DNA from: Candidatus Micrarchaeota archaeon
Lineage (GTDB): Archaea > Micrarchaeota > Micrarchaeia > Anstonellales > Bilamarchaeaceae
DNA: 64,000 nucleotides
Direction of reading: 5' to 3'
Assembly: GCA_016212525.1 (NCBI GenBank)
Contig: JACRGD010000007.1
Span: 284,778-348,777, forward strand
The translations under genes and the position numbers were made by a program. Shown piece after piece: positions 21,035 to 30,356 of the stretch. The first letter of the stretch is position 1. Each line of letters opens with the position of its first letter. The notes beneath the pieces were generated by a model. It saw only the letters and a list, made by a program, of their open reading frames with translations, ran no database searches and was not told where the DNA came from.

Positions 21035-22057
21035 ATGAATTTTGGGAAAATAGACCAGATAATGCTTTTAGGCGGCTCGCCCAGATTGGCAGAAATTGCT
21101 CACGAACTAAAAAAAGACTGGAAAATCGCAGTTTTTACCTGTAAAAGACAACTCGAAGAAGTACTAGACGCGAAGGGAACAACTCTCGAGAAGTACCTGG
21201 AAGAAAACAAAATAGACTATTTTTATGCGGACGACATAAACACCAGCAAAGAATTCACAAAAAGGATAACACCATCAACACTTGCAATAGGAATTGGAGA
21301 GGCATGGACATTTACAAAACAAACAATAGACAAATTTGATGGCCGATTGGTCGATTTTATGGGCATACGGCTTCCCCACTTCAGAGGAGGCGCACACTAC
21401 ACATGGCAACTGCTCCAACAAAACAGAATGGGCTGCTGCAATATACAGGAAGTAAATGCAGAAATGATTCCGGGAGCATTTGATTCGGGAAGAATAATCA
21501 AAAGAAAAGAATTTTTCTTTTCAGCAGGTGCACGAACCCCACTAGATTACTTCAATGAAGCAGGCTTAGAAGAAAAGAGATTCATATTGGAGTTCGTAGA
21601 GGAGATAAAAAAAGGCCTGGAATTTAGACCAGTAACTATGGAAGAGTCATTTTCACTCTACATGCCCAGATTAAACACCAAAAAGCACGGTTTCGTAAAC
21701 TGGAATTGGGAAACAGATGAGATAGAACGATTCATATGCGCATTTGATGACCCGTACGTCGGAGCGACAACATTCGTAGATGGAAGGTTAGTAAGGATAA
21801 AGAAAGCACATAGTGAGTTTATAGATGGAAAATTTCATCCGTTCCAGGCAGGAATAATATATAGAATACATAACAATGCAGTTTTCGTTGCTACGCGAAG
21901 TGGGAGCATTGTAATAAAAGAGATTTTAGACGAAAACGGAGTAAACATAACAAACCAGATAAAACGAGGCTCACGTCTCTACACCCCTCAAAAATACATT
22001 GAAGATGCGATGCTTACTCAGATAGAATACGATACGAAAGGAATTAAGAACAAATAA
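21035..22057 (+). CDS. Formyltransferase-like protein, paralogue 3
   Basis: LPHFRGGAHYTWQLL...DSGRII resembles the formyltransferase core. I prefer ATG 21035 to the TTG at 21002. Confidence 0.5.
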   Translation: MNFGKIDQIMLLGGSPRLAEIAHELKKDWKIAVFTCKRQLEEVLDAKGTTLEKYLEENKIDYFYADDINTSKEFTKRITPSTLAIGIGEAWTFTKQTIDKFDGRLVDFMGIRLPHFRGGAHYTWQLLQQNRMGCCNIQEVNAEMIPGAFDSGRIIKRKEFFFSAGARTPLDYFNEAGLEEKRFILEFVEEIKKGLEFRPVTMEESFSLYMPRLNTKKHGFVNWNWETDEIERFICAFDDPYVGATTFVDGRLVRIKKAHSEFIDGKFHPFQAGIIYRIHNNAVFVATRSGSIVIKEILDENGVNITNQIKRGSRLYTPQKYIEDAMLTQIEYDTKGIKNK

Positions 22058-22083
22058 ATTAGTCAATAGTCGAGGCGTTTTTG

Positions 22084-23382
22084 ATGAACATGCTTGAACT
22101 ACTAAAGAAAATGTGTAAATGCGCAATGGCACCGGTTTCGCCGGGAACAGACGAAGTAAACAGGCTGGCAATAGGAGAACTTCCATTTAAGGTGCATGAG
22201 TATCCCACGCTAAGCGAACACAATGGTTGGATTGTTCCACTTAACTGGCACGCAAAAAAAGCAACAATCCATAAGGACGGCAAGCTAATCTATGATGGAA
22301 TGCAGCACCCGCTAGGGGTGATGGGCTATTCCAAATCATTTTCAGGAAAGGTGAGCCTAGAGGAGTTGAAAAAACATCTCTCATATAGAATGGACCTTCC
22401 ATACGCCATAGGCTATCATTGCGACTGGTATTACAAACCCCAAAATAGGAACTGGGGATTTTCAATGCCATATTCACTATATAGAGACCTCCAAAGCGGA
22501 GAATACGAAGTTCAGATCGAAACAGTCTCGGCTAAGGGAACCATGAAAACACTAGACCTTCTGATTCCGGGTGAGAGCCAGGAGACAATAATATTAAATG
22601 CACACAACTGCCACGGGGGACAGGCTAATGATGACATATCGGGAGTTGTAGTCGCAATAGAGGTCGCAAAGAGACTTATGAAAAAGAAAAACCGATACAG
22701 CTATCGCATAATAATAGCTCCGGAGCACTTTGGAACAGTTTTCTATCTGGCAAACTTGGATGAGAAGGAAGGCAAAAAATTCAAATACGGAATATTTCTC
22801 GAGATGCTCGGAAACAACAACCGGTTGGCACTCCAAAAAAGCTTTACTGGAAAGAGCGAGATAGATCGGGCAGCTATGAATTATCTTACACACAATCACC
22901 CAGATTTCCATCATGACGAATTTAGAAACATCATAGGAAACGACGAAACAGTTTGGGAAGCACCAGGATATGAAATACCCACCATTTCATTGTCCCGAGC
23001 TCCGTATCGGGAATATCATACCAGCTACGATAACGAATCCATAATATTTGAGGAGAAACTCGAAGAAAGCGTTAAGGCAGTTATGGGGATCCTAAATATC
23101 CTTGATACAAATTGTGCAATTGAAAGAAAGTTCAAGGGATTAATAGCACTCAGTAATCCAAAGTATGATCTGTATAAACCAACAGTCGATCCGTCTCTGA
23201 ATCGACAGATAACCAAAAACGACATACAGTGGAATAAACTGATGGATCGGATGCCAAGATACTTTGATGGAAAAACAAAAGTCCTGGACATTGCAGAACT
23301 GCATGAATTGGACTATACTGCAGTATTCAACTACATAAACCAGTTTAAAGAAAAAAAACTGGTCGAACTGTTGAGGAATTGA
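22084..23382 (+). CDS. Aminopeptidase-like (M28/DUF4910-type) protein typical of polysaccharide loci
   Basis: Pattern ELLKKM...VSPGTDEV...FKVHEYPT...GWIVPLNW, then NAHNCHGGQANDDISG and APEHFG. This resembles the aminopeptidase-like domain proteins found in O-antigen clusters. Confidence 0.55.
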   Translation: MNMLELLKKMCKCAMAPVSPGTDEVNRLAIGELPFKVHEYPTLSEHNGWIVPLNWHAKKATIHKDGKLIYDGMQHPLGVMGYSKSFSGKVSLEELKKHLSYRMDLPYAIGYHCDWYYKPQNRNWGFSMPYSLYRDLQSGEYEVQIETVSAKGTMKTLDLLIPGESQETIILNAHNCHGGQANDDISGVVVAIEVAKRLMKKKNRYSYRIIIAPEHFGTVFYLANLDEKEGKKFKYGIFLEMLGNNNRLALQKSFTGKSEIDRAAMNYLTHNHPDFHHDEFRNIIGNDETVWEAPGYEIPTISLSRAPYREYHTSYDNESIIFEEKLEESVKAVMGILNILDTNCAIERKFKGLIALSNPKYDLYKPTVDPSLNRQITKNDIQWNKLMDRMPRYFDGKTKVLDIAELHELDYTAVFNYINQFKEKKLVELLRN

Positions 23383-23383
23383 C

Positions 23384-23941
23384 ATGAAACCAGCCGGAAA
23401 GATAATGGAAAGCGGGGAAATTTACCTCTGTTACCTTAAGCCGGAGCAGGTAACCTCTCAGTATGTAGAGTGGCTTAATGACAAAACAATAAATCAGTAC
23501 CTTGAAGTCAGATTTGCCGGGCCGCACACGAAAGAAAGCACGATAGAATTTGTCAAGAATATGTATGAAGATCCGGACAATCATCTATTTGCCATAATGC
23601 TCAAAAACGGAGATCGCCACATAGGGAACATAAAGGTAGGGCCAGTAAATAAACATCATAACTTCGCAGAAGTAGGAATCCTCATAGGCGAACGGGGGGT
23701 TTGGGGTAAAGGATACGGAACTGCCGCGATAACTATGGCAACTCAATATGCATTTGAGAAGCTAAATATTCACAAACTCATAGCCGGATTTTATGAACCA
23801 AATATCGGCTCGAGAAAAGCCTTCGAAAAGGCAGGATACAAAATAGAAGGAAATGTAAAACAAAAATTCCTCCACAACGGAACATATGTGGACGATCTCA
23901 TCTGTGGAAAAATAAACGAGAAATGGAAAAAAGATAGATAA
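23384..23941 (+). CDS. GNAT-family N-acetyltransferase (RimJ/RimL-like; candidate PseH-type sugar N-acetyltransferase)
   Basis: Contains GERGVWGKGYGTAA, the acetyl-CoA binding Q/RxxGxG/A-type motif. Its size is 185 aa. Confidence 0.7.
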   Translation: MKPAGKIMESGEIYLCYLKPEQVTSQYVEWLNDKTINQYLEVRFAGPHTKESTIEFVKNMYEDPDNHLFAIMLKNGDRHIGNIKVGPVNKHHNFAEVGILIGERGVWGKGYGTAAITMATQYAFEKLNIHKLIAGFYEPNIGSRKAFEKAGYKIEGNVKQKFLHNGTYVDDLICGKINEKWKKDR

Positions 23942-23960
23942 CGAAGAGAAAAAAATAATC

Positions 23961-26036
23961 CTAGTTAGTTAGCCTCTGGAATCCTTTATGGGCAACCGGG
24001 CCTTTTAGCATCTTTTCTACATTGCCTTCATCTATGCCCTTTTTAATGGAAGCAAATACCTCAGACGCCGCCTGGGCGTATCGATCCAGAGACTCGGGAG
24101 TATGTGCATAAGAGACATAGAAACCACGTGAAGCCAGATAACCACGCCTTAGCATTTCCTGAGTAAATAGAGTTGCAAGTACCTGATTTTGATCTCCATA
24201 CTCGAAATCAAAATGCATTATTGGAAGGAATCCGAAATCTACTTTTACCTTAACACCGCTTTCCGCCCCTGCTTTTTGCCAGATCTCACCCATCTTTTGA
24301 CCCAACTTAGTCACATGCTGGGGGACTTTCTTTTCCTCAAGCTTTCGGATGGTTGCGAGGGCAGCAGTAGGACCAATGCCTTCAGTCCAATAGGTACTAC
24401 TAATGAAACTGGATTGCGCAGTGTCCATGACTTCGCTCTTTCCAACCACCGCACCCATGGCATAGCCATTACTCATGGCCTTTCCAAAGGCAACTATGTC
24501 CGGAGTGACTCCTAATGAGAGGTGTGCACCACCAACAGTAGTTCTCCAGGCAGATGTGATTTCATCGAAAATAAGAACTGCACCGATTTCGTCTGCGATC
24601 TTGCGGACCCGCTGGAGGAAGTTGTTTTCGGGCTTTTGACTTCGGATCGCTTCTACAACTATTACTCCAATATCTTTGTTTTTATCGACCAGAGCTTCAA
24701 GCTCCTCAATTTTATTATAGTGGAAGGGAAGGGTCGTACCTTGTAGAGTTGATGGAACACCCCGCGGTTCAAGACCCTTAAGTAAATGATCATTAAGTCC
24801 ATTTGGATCTTTGAGATTTGTAGCAAGGTACCAATCATGCCAGCCATGATAGCCGCACATCGCGACCTTGTCTTTCTTTGCATATGCCCGGGCAATGCGA
24901 ACGGCTACGGACATGGTTTCACCGCCTGTTCGGGTGTAGCGTACCATACCTGCCCAGGGAGTTAAAGAAAGTAATTTTTCTGCCAGCTCGACTTCTTCGG
25001 GACAGTTCAGAGTTGCCATGTTTGCATTGTCGATTCTTTGCTTTACGGCCTTATTTACATCATCGTCAGCATAACCCAGAATACATGCACCGATACCCAT
25101 GATGCACATGTCAGTATATTTCTCATTATTAAGACCCCACAATTCGATTCCCTTAGCCCTAGAATAGTAGGAAGGCCATTGATCAGGAAGAAACATTTCC
25201 GATCTCTTAGAGAGCAACTGCGAGCCGCCGGGGATTAATTTCTTTGCCTTTTTCCAGAGTTCTTGACCAGAGTTCATAAAGACACCATCTTCTTTTACAG
25301 ATTTTGCATAACCTTCATTGCGAGTATATTTGCTATTGATTTTTGAGATATCAGAATCTCGAATAATCTCCAGAATATCTTTTGTGGTAAAGTCATGAGT
25401 TTGACCTTTGCTGCCAAGCGACTCATAAACAGCGCGCACGAATTCAAGATCTTCCGGAGTATCTACTGTCCAGCGCATTTTGGAAAAATCGCCATCGGGA
25501 TTAGTAACATTTCTTTGAGTAAAGATATCCTTGTTTTTCCAGATATATGGCATTACATGCTCACGTTCGGAACTGAGTTTCGCTTCTTTGTGGGCCTTTT
25601 CGAGCGTAGATCTGGAACATACTTCAACGTCCAGACCATCGGGATATGTTGGAGGGAAAATGTTGGATACAAAATCGGCTCCGCCCTTAAGAAAATCATC
25701 TATTACGAGATCCATGACATCCGCATCGAGCAATGGGCAGTCGGCAGTCACCCGCACAACCACATCGCCACCAAAGGTTCGGATTGCCTGGACATAGCGA
25801 TCAAGGACATCGTTCTCGCTGCCCCTGAAACAGACAATATTTTCAGTTTTGCAGAGCTGCTCGATTGGATCATCAGTGCGATTTATGGTAGTTGCAACAA
25901 CGAGCTTGTTGGCTTTTTTGGATTTTTTGAGTCGTTGGATGACGTGCCAGAGCATTGGTTTTCCAAGAATATGAGAGAGGGTTTTTCCAGGCAAACGCGT
26001 TGAACTCATTCGTGCTTGTAGAATTACAGTTATCAT
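23961..26036 (-). CDS. Fusion protein: N-terminal SpsF/NeuA-type cytidylyltransferase plus C-terminal class III (GSA-aminomutase-like) PLP aminotransferase
   Basis: The N-terminus ITVILQARMSSTRLPGKTL...ADCPLLD is paralogous to the C-terminus of the 7277-8944 product. The C-terminal half has GGSQLLSKR..., YHGWHDW and FGKAMSNGYA (PLP lysine). I prefer ATG 26036 to the TTG at 26078. Confidence 0.75.
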   Translation of the reverse strand: MITVILQARMSSTRLPGKTLSHILGKPMLWHVIQRLKKSKKANKLVVATTINRTDDPIEQLCKTENIVCFRGSENDVLDRYVQAIRTFGGDVVVRVTADCPLLDADVMDLVIDDFLKGGADFVSNIFPPTYPDGLDVEVCSRSTLEKAHKEAKLSSEREHVMPYIWKNKDIFTQRNVTNPDGDFSKMRWTVDTPEDLEFVRAVYESLGSKGQTHDFTTKDILEIIRDSDISKINSKYTRNEGYAKSVKEDGVFMNSGQELWKKAKKLIPGGSQLLSKRSEMFLPDQWPSYYSRAKGIELWGLNNEKYTDMCIMGIGACILGYADDDVNKAVKQRIDNANMATLNCPEEVELAEKLLSLTPWAGMVRYTRTGGETMSVAVRIARAYAKKDKVAMCGYHGWHDWYLATNLKDPNGLNDHLLKGLEPRGVPSTLQGTTLPFHYNKIEELEALVDKNKDIGVIVVEAIRSQKPENNFLQRVRKIADEIGAVLIFDEITSAWRTTVGGAHLSLGVTPDIVAFGKAMSNGYAMGAVVGKSEVMDTAQSSFISSTYWTEGIGPTAALATIRKLEEKKVPQHVTKLGQKMGEIWQKAGAESGVKVKVDFGFLPIMHFDFEYGDQNQVLATLFTQEMLRRGYLASRGFYVSYAHTPESLDRYAQAASEVFASIKKGIDEGNVEKMLKGPVAHKGFQRLTN

Positions 26037-26164
26037 AGAAACAACTCCAAAGAAGAATGAAACTATTTGGGAAATCAATATTATAATGGTTTATGAGTCA
26101 AACAAATCAGAATCACATTAATAAATAAGTAACCATAAAAAGGCTTGCGTACTAAATTAAAATC

Positions 26165-27220
26165 ATGCAACATAGCCAGCCCATCACAGTCGTGTTAGGT
26201 GTAAATCTTTCAAAGCCGCTACCCCTAGGAATCAAACCACTTCAAATGCCACCACCAGGAACGCAGTTTAATTCAAATGACCCAAAAGAAAGAGCAGCAT
26301 CCTGGGGAAAATGGCTTGGCCATGATTATAAGGATCGAAAAGGCCCGTTTGGGGATTCTGAGTTTCCAAATAGACTTCAAAACATGTTAGAGGTAGTACG
26401 AAGAACTGGAGAACAGTTGGGTCAAATTGGAGGCAGAGTATCTATTTTCACACATGCCGAACTCGTAGTTGCTGCAAACGATCAGGGCATTCAATTCAAA
26501 GATGCTTTTAGTCCAAACGCCATCGTACCAGAAACTCATGGTTATAGACACCGAGGGCCACCAGATATCGCAGGAGAAAGATCATCAGTTGAGGATCTGA
26601 CAAAATATGCTATTGGAGCAACCGGAATCATTAAAACAGCAGCAGACTACCTTGCAGAAATAGAAGCAGCACAGGGAATTATAGGAAGAGAGCTAGGTGC
26701 AATAAATGGAACCGGAGCTTCGAAAGTGTTATTGGCACCTTTGGGAGATAGACACATAGATTCCCTAAGCACTTGGAAAACCTATCAAGAAGGCCTTACA
26801 AAGTTAGGAATACGGGGAGTTTTAAGTAAGTTCAGATCTGGCAAAGAACCCATATCCCCAGAACTAATACAAGCCCAACCCATAAGTTCAGGAGGATTAG
26901 TCCTACTTACTGCCGCAGGATTAGATGTTTGGAAATTATGTTCTATAACAAGAATGCTATTAAGTGGAGCTGCAGACGACAACACAGTGCCAAGAGAAGA
27001 AGTAGCTGCAGAGTACGTTCAAAGAGTCAAAGATGCAGCACAAATTGCCCAAACCACAAGCCAAGATTTGTATTTGCCACTATTGTTCCATGCATGGGCC
27101 CATGGAGGGGAAACTGATCCTGAGCTTAGAGTCATAGAAGCAGTTGTTTCATATGCGCGCTCAGAGAGAATTAGAGTTATCGATTATAGAACAATGGTTG
27201 AAGAAGTAAATAGTACTTAG
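26165..27220 (+). CDS. Hypothetical protein (weak NodB/polysaccharide-deacetylase-like histidine pattern); compositional outlier
   Basis: A 351-aa ORF. ETHGYRH and LLFHAWAHG could be metal-binding His motifs. I cannot make a confident family call. Confidence 0.3.
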   Translation: MQHSQPITVVLGVNLSKPLPLGIKPLQMPPPGTQFNSNDPKERAASWGKWLGHDYKDRKGPFGDSEFPNRLQNMLEVVRRTGEQLGQIGGRVSIFTHAELVVAANDQGIQFKDAFSPNAIVPETHGYRHRGPPDIAGERSSVEDLTKYAIGATGIIKTAADYLAEIEAAQGIIGRELGAINGTGASKVLLAPLGDRHIDSLSTWKTYQEGLTKLGIRGVLSKFRSGKEPISPELIQAQPISSGGLVLLTAAGLDVWKLCSITRMLLSGAADDNTVPREEVAAEYVQRVKDAAQIAQTTSQDLYLPLLFHAWAHGGETDPELRVIEAVVSYARSERIRVIDYRTMVEEVNST

Positions 27221-27229
27221 GTGGATTTT

Positions 27230-28237
27230 ATGAAAACTAATTATCCAGCAGCGATTAGGGGAGGAGTAAGTCAACAACATTACGAAGCTACCACACTCAT
27301 GCAAAGAAGAGGGATACAAACTTTGCTTAAAGCCGCAGGAGTTCAATTAGAAGGTGCAACAAAAGTTCTTGATCTTGGCGCTAGAGCCGGAGATACAACT
27401 CTAGGAGTTCTTGAACACTTGCCAAATGCACATGTAATTGGTCTAGAAGAACCCGCCAACCGGCTTGCATTATTACTTGCCAAAACGAAATTTGGCATTG
27501 CAACAGAAGTAGAACTCAAAGAAGTTGCAGAAATCTCAAGAGAATTGCCCGCGGGCTATCTTGATTCGTTTAGATTAGATAGCGCTCCACACGCTGGCCG
27601 TGTGTCATTTGAGGAATTGCATTGGTCTGCTTTACCTTTGGCGGATGCTGCGGTAGGCTACCAGTTGTTGCATTGGTTAGACGCAGATTCAACAGGTGCA
27701 CCAAAACCAGAAATTCTCCAAGCCATTGCTAATGCGCTTAGTGCTGGAGGTGTATTTATTTCCGGAACCAGCACTGCATTTGTGCAGCTTGATCCAGACC
27801 TGAGGGTTGAGGGTAAAACACAGTCAGAATATTCTATAGATAAACATCCATTTGTCCAAATGGTTTATGATCAAATAGCCAAAATAACTGCGCAGATCTT
27901 AGGCAAAGCTCCAGAACCAATTACTGCCAACCCGCCTCTTTCAATGAACGATCTTAGCTCCCGATTTCTTGCTGCGGGTTTTAGCGAAGTAAGAGTTGAT
28001 GGGTTCCTTGTGACACCTGGACGCGATCAGGTAGTTCGCGAAGTTGTGAAATTAAGGCCAGCACATCAGGGAAGACTTGAAGGTATCGCGCTTGGGGAGC
28101 GATCAACAATCATACAAACCGCCATTGCTAATGCGAACGCCGAGTGCGAAACCGTTATAGCGGCAGGTGCACAAGATCCTCGCCTGATCGAAACAAACGT
28201 TTGGGACGTTGTACCATTTATCGGGGCACGAAAATAG
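27230..28237 (+). CDS. Class I SAM-dependent methyltransferase
   Basis: Contains VLDLGARAGDTTL (motif I). I chose ATG 27230 because AGGTGG lies 6 nt upstream. The track start, GTG 27221, lies inside that Shine-Dalgarno motif. Confidence 0.65.
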   Translation: MKTNYPAAIRGGVSQQHYEATTLMQRRGIQTLLKAAGVQLEGATKVLDLGARAGDTTLGVLEHLPNAHVIGLEEPANRLALLLAKTKFGIATEVELKEVAEISRELPAGYLDSFRLDSAPHAGRVSFEELHWSALPLADAAVGYQLLHWLDADSTGAPKPEILQAIANALSAGGVFISGTSTAFVQLDPDLRVEGKTQSEYSIDKHPFVQMVYDQIAKITAQILGKAPEPITANPPLSMNDLSSRFLAAGFSEVRVDGFLVTPGRDQVVREVVKLRPAHQGRLEGIALGERSTIIQTAIANANAECETVIAAGAQDPRLIETNVWDVVPFIGARK

Positions 28238-28295
28238 AACTTTTGATTATCATTTGGCACCAAACCAATAAATAGTCAAAAGGCGAGTCTTAACT

Positions 28296-28769
28296 ATGAT
28301 CTACTCCGATCGATCAGATCTTTCAAAAGAACTGCTAAAACTTCGCAAAAAAGGCAAGAAAATCGTTTTCACAAACGGTGTCTTTGATATCATTCACAGC
28401 GGACACGTAGAGTACCTCAAAGCGGCTAAGGAACTAGGCGATGTCTTAGTTATCGGGGTCAATACCGACGATTCAGTGCGAGCACTCAAGGGCCCCCAAC
28501 GACCGATAAATAAACTCGACGAGCGTTTGTTTGTCCTAGATGCCCTAAAGCCAGTCAATTTTGTAGTTTCGTTTTCCGAATCAACGCCGATCGAGCTGAT
28601 AAAAGTGCTCAAACCGGACATTCATGTCAAAGGTGGCGATTATACTGAAGATCAACTACCTGAGGCCAAAATAGTAAAAGAATACGGAGGAACGGTAAAA
28701 ATAATTCCATTCAAAAACGGATTCTCGGTTACTGGACTAATTAAGAAGATCAAAACGACTTCGAAGTAG
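28296..28769 (+). CDS. hldC: D-glycero-beta-D-manno-heptose-1-phosphate adenylyltransferase (RfaE domain II / HldC-type cytidylyltransferase fold)
   Basis: Contains KIVFTNGVFDIIHSGHVEYL...VIGVNTDDSV at a size of 157 aa. GmhA and an HldA-like kinase are adjacent. Confidence 0.8.
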   Translation: MIYSDRSDLSKELLKLRKKGKKIVFTNGVFDIIHSGHVEYLKAAKELGDVLVIGVNTDDSVRALKGPQRPINKLDERLFVLDALKPVNFVVSFSESTPIELIKVLKPDIHVKGGDYTEDQLPEAKIVKEYGGTVKIIPFKNGFSVTGLIKKIKTTSK

Positions 28770-28824
28770 TATAAAAGCACGATATCGGATATCTTAAAAA
28801 GCCAATAAACTAGAGTATAAGAGT

Positions 28825-29400
28825 ATGGAAAAACGCATTTGCGATCAGTCGCTTGAAGATCACAATAAAGTTATAAAGTCGCTCGAAGCGCAAAAAGAGC
28901 AGATAATAGCCATTGCGCAGGAGTGCGTGGACACCATAAAAAATGGCGGAAAAATCATGTTTGCCGGAAATGGCGGAAGCGCAGCCGAAGCCCAGCATTT
29001 TGCAGCCGAATTCTGCGGTCGATACAAAAAAGAACGCGAGGGCCTCCCTGGAATCTGCCTCAACACAGATACTTCAGCACTAACGGCAATAGGAAACGAT
29101 TATGGTTATGAAAAAGTCTTCTCAAGACAGATTGAAGCAATCGCAGATTCGGGAGACATCATATTTCTACTTACTACAAGCGGTAACTCGCCTAACTTAA
29201 TTGAAGCAGCAAAGAAAGCGAACTCGATGGGCGTAGTTGTTATGGGATTATTAGGCAAAGGCGGCGGACCTCTGCTTCCGCTTTGCAACAGCTCGATAGT
29301 CATCAAATCCACAGATACAGCAAGAATTCAAGAGGCCCATCTTCTCATTTTACATATAATCTGCGAACTGGTAGACGAACAACTCACTAAAAGGAGATGA
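28825..29400 (+). CDS. gmhA: Phosphoheptose isomerase (SIS domain)
   Basis: Contains FAGNGGSAAEAQHFAAEF and TTSGNS, the GmhA signature motifs. Confidence 0.85.
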   Translation: MEKRICDQSLEDHNKVIKSLEAQKEQIIAIAQECVDTIKNGGKIMFAGNGGSAAEAQHFAAEFCGRYKKEREGLPGICLNTDTSALTAIGNDYGYEKVFSRQIEAIADSGDIIFLLTTSGNSPNLIEAAKKANSMGVVVMGLLGKGGGPLLPLCNSSIVIKSTDTARIQEAHLLILHIICELVDEQLTKRR

Positions 29401-29404
29401 AAAA

Positions 29405-30343
29405 ATGCCAAAGGAACCCTGCTTTCTGATAATTGGAGACTTCATGATAGATCATTATGTCTATGGTGCAGTAGAACGCTTATCCCCTGAAGCACCAGTA
29501 CCCATTTTGGAAGAGGAAAAAGAATCGATTTTTCCAGGCGGAGCGGGTATGGTAGTTTCGAATCTTCGCTCGCTGGGTACGCAAGTCGAATTTCTAAGTG
29601 TAGTTGGAGATGATGAGGAAGGCAAAAATGCTCTTGGAATGATGACCAAGATGAACCTTCCTAAAGACAACATACTCATCGAAAATGGAAGAAGAACAAC
29701 AGTAAAGAAACGATTTGTAGCAACCCGCCCCTTTTTCCAGAATCTTTTGAGATTAGATTACGAGACCAAAGAAGACATTGATAATTCGAATGAGGAAAAA
29801 ATAATTCGAAAGTTGAATCTACTTATTCCAAAATGCGATCTGATAATTGTTCCAGACTATAATAAAGGCGTGCTGACGAAGAAAATAATCTCCATGATCC
29901 TGAATCTGGCAAAGAAGCACGGGAAACGAATCATCGTAGATACCAAGAAAAATCTGTATCATTACACAGGAGTCGATTTCATAGTTCCCAACGCAAAGGA
30001 GTTATGTCTTACATATGGGATCAGACCCACAAACGAAGACGGACCCATACACGAGATGGCACTTAAACTTTCAGATGCGCTTGAGACACAGGTAGTCGTA
30101 AAAAGAAGCGCTCGGGGCGCAACAATAGTCCAAAAAGGAAAAGTAATAGATGTTCCAGGCAGGGCCACAAAGGTAGTAAATGTTTCAGGAGCCGGAGACA
30201 TTTTTGTAGCAGTGTTCAGCCTTGCCATCGCAAAGGGAAGAAGCACACGCGAAGCGGTTGAAATTGCCAATATCGCCTGTTCAAAAGCAATTGCCAGAGA
30301 ACGACCACACATAACACCCGAAGATCTCAAAGGACTACTTTAA
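29405..30343 (+). CDS. hldA: D-glycero-beta-D-manno-heptose-7-phosphate kinase (RfaE domain I / HldA, PfkB family)
   Basis: Contains GDFMIDHYVYG...ERLSPEAPVP and VSGAGDIF (PfkB motif). Confidence 0.8.
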   Translation: MPKEPCFLIIGDFMIDHYVYGAVERLSPEAPVPILEEEKESIFPGGAGMVVSNLRSLGTQVEFLSVVGDDEEGKNALGMMTKMNLPKDNILIENGRRTTVKKRFVATRPFFQNLLRLDYETKEDIDNSNEEKIIRKLNLLIPKCDLIIVPDYNKGVLTKKIISMILNLAKKHGKRIIVDTKKNLYHYTGVDFIVPNAKELCLTYGIRPTNEDGPIHEMALKLSDALETQVVVKRSARGATIVQKGKVIDVPGRATKVVNVSGAGDIFVAVFSLAIAKGRSTREAVEIANIACSKAIARERPHITPEDLKGLL

Positions 30344-30356
30344 ACTAAGAAATAAA

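Noticed and set aside
25395-26003. A 202-aa plus-strand ORF and other plus-strand ORFs lie between 24189 and 26003.
   Set aside because: They are antisense to the well-supported cytidylyltransferase-aminotransferase fusion gene and show no motifs.
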